The translations under genes and the position numbers were made by a program. The notes beneath the pieces are model-generated. The model had not been told where the DNA came from, ran no database searches, and saw nothing but the letters and a program-made list of their open reading frames with translations. This document shows, piece after piece, positions 57,901 to 64,000 of a DNA stretch of 64,000 bases (the first letter of the stretch is position 1; each line of letters starts with the position of its first letter). This DNA comes from Candidatus Omnitrophota bacterium (GTDB taxonomy: Bacteria; Omnitrophota; Gorgyraeia; Zapsychrales; Zapsychraceae): NCBI GenBank assembly GCA_015233115.1, contig JADFYJ010000008.1, positions 40,506 through 104,505 of the forward strand, given 5' to 3'.

Positions 57901-58162
57901 CAGTAGCTGAAGAAACTTTATATTGTTTATTAAGCAGGTCAATGGAGTCAGACCGGTCCCCAAAAAAATCAGCGAATTTGCCCTTTTTGGTCAATATATC
58001 ATTGGCGCAGGTATCAAGTTCATGAAATTTCACAATAAAGCGGTCAGTGGGGTAGGAAGGAACAGATGTGCTGCTGCGCGCGAAAGTTGCGATGAACAAA
58101 AGGCCGCAGATGAGAAAAATTCTAATGATGACGCGTCCGATGCAATCTTGAAAGTTCCACAT
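54914..58162 (-). CDS. Subtilisin-like S8 serine peptidase fused to a PD40/TolB-like beta-propeller and C-terminal Pro-rich/Ig-like region
   Basis: VAVIDTGVD (Asp), HGTRVAGI (His), GTSLAAAHISGVAAL (Ser). Six or more repeats of the type IVWxDxRNGNWDIYxYDL. Confidence 0.8.
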   Translation of the reverse strand: MWNFQDCIGRVIIRIFLICGLLFIATFARSSTSVPSYPTDRFIVKFHELDTCANDILTKKGKFADFFGDRSDSIDLLNKQYKVSSATALFSECQAKRIQKPGQKNPLKNVYIFKVPKGTNIEEVTQAYSADDHVAYAQPDHAMKLAALQIPDAYIPAWSLAKINAPAAWQISQGQDVVVAVIDTGVDFTQPDLQGHFWTNPLESPDNGQDDDNNGYIDDIHGFDFVNTTGAPIDTNGHGTRVAGIISGALNTNGAGGVAPLAKLMILKGFDSATQQGNDSALAQAMIYAADNGAKIINSSWYYPTPCPTNALIEQAVKYAYQSGALVIFAAGDNNDDVLKYSPNNMKEIMAVSSTASDDMNKVASSNFGMSINVAAPGVNILSPTVGGIYDYASGTSLAAAHISGVAALIASQNPSFSNEEIRQTILASSTDISGTGFSTTFGHGRVDAAKALQVAAPLVTQITAPANNFYLDLSSDTFDIQGSAFGHSFTDYRLEYRVSGTIGWDLLAGPFIQPVQNNLLAQIPSHNFQPGIYDLRVTANSNNFEFFDITRIQVLAATPFIHQITSDIGDQLYPSISGDWMAWGDNSYGQTEITAYNIKSKKQQRLTFNPASKEMPSVDGNTVVWEDRRNGTWDIYGYDLAANQELPIVTLPGNQRFPSISNNKIVYQDDRNGGADIYLYNLNTRTEQRITTAAGKHQQPKIWNNIIVWADSRNGNWDIYMYDLNTLLEKQISTATTNDTTPNVASNIIVWQESVANWWQIFMYDVTTQVTTQLTSDAAHHYAPSISGNKIVWRTSATTGKNIIIYDLTAKTSTPITQYVFNRGDPVINNNNIAWSERRNNNADIFLFKENHPPVLNALSDKTVTANQPLSFTVSASDEDNDKLTMIAKQQNGDLVTTLGAQWTDQGNGTATFEWTPPQAGSYFLVFSAADPLNAIASQMITITVTAPVVIVPPPPPVPQPTISKLLEPTAGTVIKDEEVKFIWEKVKNVKAYGLKIGTSVGSGDIFNKFFKKDRTHKIIKEIPLNGKPVYVRLYTCIDGKWLYMDYVYQTQKPAKKTKSCAVNAQSVASLSHIVNALTRW

Positions 58163-58654
58163 ATCTGTACCCTCCGTCGCCCCGCTGACCCATTAAAAAA
58201 GCCCTATCCGTAACTCGGTGATAGGGCTCAAAAAAGCTTATTTTGGTAGCTGGCTACCCTGTACCAGACGGTACAGGGCCCTATAGTTTTGTGCCCTACC
58301 CTTACGAGTAGTTTACTTTTTACAAAATTCCAAATTGTCGTTGATTATTTTATCTGGCTGTCCTGTACCAGACGGTACAGGATCCTGTAGCTTAGCCAGT
58401 GAACCGCGCTGGGTTCACCGCCCTGTACCCTACGTGGTACAGGGGTCCCCACCTTACGATGGGTTTGCCAATTAGAGCTGGTGCTCTAATTAAAGTGTAG
58501 ACTATAAAAGGCGATAAAACAAGTGGAGGAGCGAAGAATATTATGATTTATTAAGTACGACTAAGAGCCTGTAGGGGCAACAGGTGAAACATGGTATTCT
58601 TTGATTATATTTCAAAAAAATTGAGCTAAGAACATTCTTTAAGGAGCCTTGACC
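58163..58654. promoter_or_regulatory. Divergent intergenic control region with three CCTGTACC-N4-6-GGTACAGG palindromes and additional hairpins
   Basis: Palindromes at 58257-58278, 58361-58382 and 58421-58445. Extra hairpins at 58201-58227 (followed by A/T runs), 58245-58258, 58399-58418 and 58472-58489. Confidence 0.55.
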
Positions 58655-61600
58655 ATGAAAATCAATAAACTTGGAATGGCCGTTTTCGCGATTTTAATTT
58701 GTATCCTTTCTTGCGCTTACGCGGATATTGTCCTTCATAATCCGGATCCATCGTCCGACGTTTTATCAATGGATGTCAACTCCCAATTTGGCACGGCTAT
58801 TAACGGATTTTCTGTTGTGGTCCCTCCCGGAATAAATAATATCCAGCCGCAAATTAATTTGGTTTATGTTTCCAACCAACAGCAGGGAATTATCGGGGTA
58901 GGTTGGTCGTTAGACTTAGGGTCGATCGAGCGGAGTTTAAAATTTGGGACCCCGGGATATTCCACAACGGATAATTATATTTTAACTCAGCAAGGAAGCC
59001 GGACAGATTTAGTTTTTGATAATCAAGCGCAGGGTTACCGCCCCAAGATCGAGGGGGCGTTTATTAAAATCAAGAAAGTCAATGATTCTTGGCAAGCCAC
59101 AGACCGCCAGGGGACCATATATTATTATGGAACAAATGCCAGTGCGCGTCTGTTTGATCCCAGTCAAACGGATCATATTTTTAAATGGTATCTCGAACAA
59201 GTTGTTGATGTTCACGGCAATTACCTGACCATTTCCTATAATAAGGATACAACGGGGAATCAAGTTTATCCGCTGACGATTGTTTACACAGGAAACAAAC
59301 TTTCACCAGCGGCATCTCCTCTACAGCCTTTTGCCAGTGTCGAGTTTCAAACACAAGCCCGCTCTATATCGCATCAGACTTATGCTCCGGGTTTTCTTAT
59401 TAAGACATTGCAGAGAATATCCAAGATCGTGGTTAAAGCCGGCGGAACTGAGCAGAGAGAATACCGTTTAACGTATACGCCCAGCCAAGGAACAACCAGG
59501 GATTTACTGACATCCATTCAAGAGTTTGACGCCAGCGGGACTAACGGTAAACCTGCAGTCAGTTTTACATATTATGACAATAGCAAAGGATTTGCTCTCA
59601 ATTCACAAGCTGTTATCCCGGCAGACGCGCGTTTTTCTAATCAGGCAGGGGGTGTCTCTCCGTATCAAGATTTAGGTGTCCGTATTTTTGATGTTAACGG
59701 TGATGGTTATCCGGATCTGATCCGTGATTATGTCGCCGTCAGTACATCGAATGTTTTAACTCACACCAAAGAAGCCTTTATCAATAACAAAAATAATACC
59801 TGGACTTTGAATACGGCTTATAACCTCCCTGGGACTTGCGTTAATGACTCTAGCTCTTGCGCGACCTTTGTCAAAGAAGTCAACACTTTAAGCCATGGGA
59901 AAATGTATGTTGATTTTGGTTTATTGGTCGCGGATTTAGACAGCGATGGATATAGCGATATTGTGGAAAAACAAAAATTTTCGATTATAAAGACCCAGCC
60001 GAATAATAATTATGCGAATATAGGACAAATAGTTTATGGATACAAAAATTCACCGGCAGGCTGGAGTCAATCCACCCAATGGGGTTTGCCGTCAGATTTG
60101 GGATTGATGTTATGGGCAACGGTGGTGGATGGGGCTACGGACTCTTATCGGATGGACAAATTAGGCAATATCGCCGCGGATGTCAACAATGACGGATTTA
60201 TTGATTTCGTCACCTCCCACAAAATTGATAACACTAATACTTCCAATGTTGTCATCAATGTCCTTCCCTGGAAAAATGTATTTCTTAATTTAAGCGGCCA
60301 TCCGAACGGCACGTGGTCGCGGCCGGACAATGATTATACGGATTTCTCAAAAGGCGCGATATTGGTTGATTTAAACGGGGATGGCTTGCCGGATATTTTT
60401 TATAATGACGGGACAACCGTTAAAGTGTTTATGAACACGGGGTATGGGTGGGCAGAAGACACTCAGTCGCCTTGGTTGAATACTCAAGGCATCGGTAATT
60501 TAAACGATAATTCAACACAGCTGGCAGATATCAATGGGGACGGCTTGCCGGATATGATCGTCGCCAAAGGTGATATAAACAGCGGGTCGCGCGTCCTTAT
60601 CAATACCGGCGCGGGTTGGGTGAGGGATGATCAATGGATATTGCCCAACGGCAATTTTGTGAATCTTGGTACGCGATTGCTCGACGCTAATGCTGATACC
60701 ATGATGGATTTTATGATCAATTACAATGGCAATACGTCCGCGCTATACCTCAATCAGGGCAAACCGGCTGACTTGTTAGCGTCCATTAATAATAACTGCG
60801 GCGGAGTGACAACTTATGTTTATGGGTCATCCGCAGAGTTCACTCAAACATTTATGCCCTTCGCGATCCCGGTCATTAAATCAATGACCCGGTCAAACAG
60901 CCTCGGGGATACTTATACGACCCAATATAAATATGAAAATGGATTGTGGAATCCCGCGAATAATCAGACCGTGTCGGATAAAACCAACCAGTTCAGCGAT
61001 GCCCGGGAGTTCCGGGGATTTGGCAAAGTGACGGTGACGGATACTGAAGGGAACCGGCTGGAGCAGGAATTTAATCAGGATTATTTTTTAAATGGCCGGA
61101 TCAAAACCGCGCGAAAATTTTCCACCGCCGGACAATTAACCGAAACAACGTATAAATGGAACCTGTCTACTCTAAACGCGGATGACGGAATCAATTTTGT
61201 CTATCTGAATGAACAGACTGAATGCTCGTTTAATTCCAGCCAAGTGAAAAAATGTTCCAAAGTGCGGTTCACTTATAATGAAGCTGAAAAGTTAGGAAAT
61301 CTAACGCACATTTCATATTTGGGCGAAGTTGACGCTCAAGGTAATTCTATCGGAAATAATCATTTTGATGTTTATGTAGATTATGTGAACAATACAACCA
61401 ATAACATGCTTGGTTTTCCTTCCGTGATTTCTGTCAGAGACTATAGCGGCGTACTCTTTCGTAAGACCATGTTAAGTTACGACGGGCAAGCCAACGGGAT
61501 CGCGCCCACGAACGGTTTCTTGTCTAAAGTTGAGCAATGGGCCGGAGATCAGCAAGGCACGGTTAATCCTGTAACAACCTATACTTACGATGCTTTCGGA

Positions 61601-64000
61601 AATCTTTTAACAGCCACAGACCCGCTCGGTAAAACCACGACCGTGACCTATGATTCAACCTTCAACCTTTTTCCTTTATCAACGAAAAATCCTTTAAATC
61701 AGGTCGTGTCTCAGGAATATTACGGCATTAATAATGTCCCGTTAGACGGCGGCAACGGATTTAAAGGGCTTTGGGGCCAGATTAAAAGCTCGACGGACGC
61801 GAATAACCAGAAAATTCAAAACACTTATGATGTCTTTGGCCGGTTGACAGCCACAGTGTCGCCGTTAGATTCTATTTCTTATCCTACAACATCTTATCAA
61901 TATTTATTTATGCCTAATTACCGGAAAACTACGATGAGCCAGCGGATCACAAGCGGCCAGCCCGGAACCTTAGACAGTTTTGAATTTTCCGACGGATTAG
62001 GCCGGGTGATTCAAACCAAAAGTCCGTCCGCGCAAGCCGGACAATTTATTGTGAACGGTCAAACCACATATAATTCCCGCGGATTACCTGAACAAAAATA
62101 TTTACCGTTCTTCTCAACCAATCCTGTTGACACAATTGAGGCTGTCAATTCCGGACGGGCGCACAGTGTGATCATTTATGATGCTCTGGGGCGGGTTATC
62201 AAAAGTGTCAACCCAGACCAGACATATTCAAGTGTAGAATATGATAATTGGACGATCAGAAACATTGATGAAAACGGGCATAAACAAGAAGCGGATTTTG
62301 ACGCTTTTGGCCGGTTAAGTCAAAAACGCGAGTATAAAGGCGCGGATGGACGTTTCGCTTCCGTGTATCCTAGTGCGGCCTATTCACTTTACGCGACGAC
62401 CCAGTATTTGTATGATTCCGAAGGCAACCCGGTTAAAATAACAGACACAGAAGGGAATATCACGACGATCGCGTATGATAATCTGGGGCGGAAAACCTCC
62501 ATGACTGACCCGGATATGGGGTTGTGGAAATATAATTATGATCTTAACGGCAACTTGATAACACAAACCGATGCCAAAAATCATGTGATTAATTTTCAAT
62601 ATGATGATATCAACCGTTTAAAATCAAAATCAGACGGGCAGGATATTAACAATACGTATACGTATGATGATCAACTTAACGCCGTCGGACGCCTTACCAA
62701 CATAACCTTTAACGGCGGAGCAAGACAATTCCAATATGATGCCTTAGGCCGGATCAATCAATCGCTTAAGACCATTGGCGGGTCAGTTTATCACGTAAAA
62801 TATGACTACAACAGCCTTAACAATATCAACAGCATCGAATACCCCGATTATAATAAGGTCTTTTATAAATACAACAGCGCAGGTCAGCCGCAGGGGGCAG
62901 CCAGCGATCCGACTTTGCTGGGGCCGCAGTCGTTTAATTATGTCCCTTCCCAAACGATGTGGAGCAAAATAAAATCCGGATTGCGCGATATCGGCAAAGA
63001 AATTGTTTCTGTCTTTTTAGTGACCGATGCGTACGCGGACACGACCATGGATTACACCACTTTCTCTAAACAGGATCCTGGAAGTAAAATTACGGTTTCG
63101 AGTTCGTGTCTGTCTTTCTCTAATATTGAAACCCGGTCAGCCAACTCCTATGTTTATAAAGCTTCTCCGACTTCAGGGGACTTTAAATATGAATTTGATA
63201 CTATTCTTACTACATCCGACTCATGGGCCGGAGACTTTGCGGTTTGGGGTATTACTAATAATTCAAATACCGCGTTTAACACTTGGACCAGTGGGATATA
63301 TTTGGCTTGGAACAAATTCGGTCTCAGTCCGTCTTTGAAGCTGATAACTCTGAGTCCTGCCGCTACGTCGAATTCCATATCTCTTTCCATGAATACACGT
63401 TATTACATGCGGATTAGTCGAGCAGTCAGTAAAGTAACCTTGGATATCTATAGTGATTCCGCGCGAACAACAAAAATAACTACTGTGACCAATCCTTTCG
63501 GCTCAGGAAATTTTAGTTACATATATGGATTAAGTACGCAGAATACCACAGCCACAGGATATAAAGCCACAGGCGATGTTTGCCGGCTCGTTTCAGGCCT
63601 CCCGGCAGACACGCAAGCGCCGGCGGCTCCTTCAACAGTCACGTTAGGAAGTCCAACATCCGGCTCGCTAACTTTAAGCTGGTCAGGCGCGACAGATAAT
63701 GTCGCTGTGACCGGTTATAAAATCGATATTTCGACGAGCAACGTATTTACGACCATGCTGACCGGATATAATAATTTAGATGTGGGAAATGTTTCAACTA
63801 AATCAATAACAGGCTTGACTTCAGGCACAACTTATTACGCCCGAGTACGGGCATATGACGCGGCTGGCAATGTTTCAGCAAATAGCTCATCCGCGACCGG
63901 AACCACATCTGCCGCGGGAGATACGCAAGCGCCGACTGCACCTACAACGATCTCGTTAAGTACTCCGACGCTTAACTCATTGACTTTAACCTGGTCAGGG
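58655..64000 (+). CDS. Giant surface protein combining an SpvB/TcB-like N-domain, FG-GAP/VCBS repeats, RHS/YD repeats and FN3 domains (3' end beyond window)
   Basis: RBS AAGGAG. Signal peptide. SpvB-N pattern VPPGINNIQPQINLVYVSNQQQGIIGVGWSLDLGSIER. DxNGDGxxD repeats. Many YD repeats (YDAFGNLLTATDPLGKTTTVTYD and others). FN3-like LTLSWSGATDNVAVTGYKI x2. Frame is open for 1782 codons to the window end. Confidence 0.8.
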   Translation, partial: MKINKLGMAVFAILICILSCAYADIVLHNPDPSSDVLSMDVNSQFGTAINGFSVVVPPGINNIQPQINLVYVSNQQQGIIGVGWSLDLGSIERSLKFGTPGYSTTDNYILTQQGSRTDLVFDNQAQGYRPKIEGAFIKIKKVNDSWQATDRQGTIYYYGTNASARLFDPSQTDHIFKWYLEQVVDVHGNYLTISYNKDTTGNQVYPLTIVYTGNKLSPAASPLQPFASVEFQTQARSISHQTYAPGFLIKTLQRISKIVVKAGGTEQREYRLTYTPSQGTTRDLLTSIQEFDASGTNGKPAVSFTYYDNSKGFALNSQAVIPADARFSNQAGGVSPYQDLGVRIFDVNGDGYPDLIRDYVAVSTSNVLTHTKEAFINNKNNTWTLNTAYNLPGTCVNDSSSCATFVKEVNTLSHGKMYVDFGLLVADLDSDGYSDIVEKQKFSIIKTQPNNNYANIGQIVYGYKNSPAGWSQSTQWGLPSDLGLMLWATVVDGATDSYRMDKLGNIAADVNNDGFIDFVTSHKIDNTNTSNVVINVLPWKNVFLNLSGHPNGTWSRPDNDYTDFSKGAILVDLNGDGLPDIFYNDGTTVKVFMNTGYGWAEDTQSPWLNTQGIGNLNDNSTQLADINGDGLPDMIVAKGDINSGSRVLINTGAGWVRDDQWILPNGNFVNLGTRLLDANADTMMDFMINYNGNTSALYLNQGKPADLLASINNNCGGVTTYVYGSSAEFTQTFMPFAIPVIKSMTRSNSLGDTYTTQYKYENGLWNPANNQTVSDKTNQFSDAREFRGFGKVTVTDTEGNRLEQEFNQDYFLNGRIKTARKFSTAGQLTETTYKWNLSTLNADDGINFVYLNEQTECSFNSSQVKKCSKVRFTYNEAEKLGNLTHISYLGEVDAQGNSIGNNHFDVYVDYVNNTTNNMLGFPSVISVRDYSGVLFRKTMLSYDGQANGIAPTNGFLSKVEQWAGDQQGTVNPVTTYTYDAFGNLLTATDPLGKTTTVTYDSTFNLFPLSTKNPLNQVVSQEYYGINNVPLDGGNGFKGLWGQIKSSTDANNQKIQNTYDVFGRLTATVSPLDSISYPTTSYQYLFMPNYRKTTMSQRITSGQPGTLDSFEFSDGLGRVIQTKSPSAQAGQFIVNGQTTYNSRGLPEQKYLPFFSTNPVDTIEAVNSGRAHSVIIYDALGRVIKSVNPDQTYSSVEYDNWTIRNIDENGHKQEADFDAFGRLSQKREYKGADGRFASVYPSAAYSLYATTQYLYDSEGNPVKITDTEGNITTIAYDNLGRKTSMTDPDMGLWKYNYDLNGNLITQTDAKNHVINFQYDDINRLKSKSDGQDINNTYTYDDQLNAVGRLTNITFNGGARQFQYDALGRINQSLKTIGGSVYHVKYDYNSLNNINSIEYPDYNKVFYKYNSAGQPQGAASDPTLLGPQSFNYVPSQTMWSKIKSGLRDIGKEIVSVFLVTDAYADTTMDYTTFSKQDPGSKITVSSSCLSFSNIETRSANSYVYKASPTSGDFKYEFDTILTTSDSWAGDFAVWGITNNSNTAFNTWTSGIYLAWNKFGLSPSLKLITLSPAATSNSISLSMNTRYYMRISRAVSKVTLDIYSDSARTTKITTVTNPFGSGNFSYIYGLSTQNTTATGYKATGDVCRLVSGLPADTQAPAAPSTVTLGSPTSGSLTLSWSGATDNVAVTGYKIDISTSNVFTTMLTGYNNLDVGNVSTKSITGLTSGTTYYARVRAYDAAGNVSANSSSATGTTSAAGDTQAPTAPTTISLSTPTLNSLTLTWSG

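Noticed and set aside
58257-58445. Palindrome cluster considered as integron attC sites or a CRISPR leader
   Set aside because: No integrase or cas gene, no spacer-repeat periodicity, and the palindromes are short (22-25 nt) perfect hairpins unlike attC.

Overview
This 64-kb window looks like one contiguous chromosomal segment from an uncultivated diderm (Gram-negative-type) bacterium. It is moderately AT-rich, gene-dense and mostly on the plus strand. I found no rRNA or tRNA genes, no CRISPR array and no recognisable IS or transposase.

Recognisable gene content, in order:
- Molybdenum-cofactor genes: moaA (5' end off-window), moaC, a MOSC-domain gene and mogA/moaB.
- Two tandem PilT-family type IV pilus ATPases.
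- A coiled-coil outer-membrane porin-like protein.
- A BrnT/BrnA toxin-antitoxin pair.
- A Ski2/HelY-like helicase.
- PilZ c-di-GMP receptors and an ABC-F ATPase.
- A MazG-like pyrophosphohydrolase.
- Four paralogous GT-C (ArnT/PMT-like) membrane glycosyltransferases plus a GT2 / SDR epimerase-dehydratase / nucleotide-sugar dehydrogenase operon, together an Arn-like lipid-linked glycosylation system.
- cmoA-cmoB.
- A trypsin-like protease and an FHA-domain membrane protein.
- A PaaI thioesterase followed by two tandem PaaK(phenylacetate-CoA ligase)-ACT gene pairs.
- A DUF4143 AAA+ ATPase.
- A Cys-rich Flp/pilin-like protein divergent from a minimal secretin.
- An AmiC-like amidase and murI.
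- A queuosine cluster, queD-queC-[exbB-exbD]-queE-queF.
- rph-rdgB.
- A translationally coupled large outer-membrane protein plus AsmA/TamB-like pair.
- An SGNH hydrolase.
- A 1082-aa S8 peptidase with PD40 beta-propeller repeats.
- A giant surface protein (more than 1782 aa, 3' end off-window) combining an SpvB/TcB N-domain, FG-GAP repeats, RHS/YD repeats and FN3 domains.

The most unusual signals are non-coding:
- A family of short-period (7-9 nt) tandem repeat arrays built on GTATGT, GTTACT or TTTACC units sits immediately upstream of start codons, often as inverted arms around about 100-bp AT-rich cores. One inverted pair brackets the exbBD insertion in the que cluster.
- A roughly 125-nt GC-rich imperfect palindrome occurs twice in opposite orientation and carries compensatory substitutions.
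- A 25-nt REP-like palindrome occurs four times.
- A possible SD/anti-SD switch lies in the leader of the first ACT gene.
- A triple CCTGTACC-N4-6-GGTACAGG operator-like cluster sits between the divergent protease gene and the RHS giant gene.
- An (AACCAAC)x4.6 heptamer repeat inside a glycosyltransferase gene could phase-vary it.
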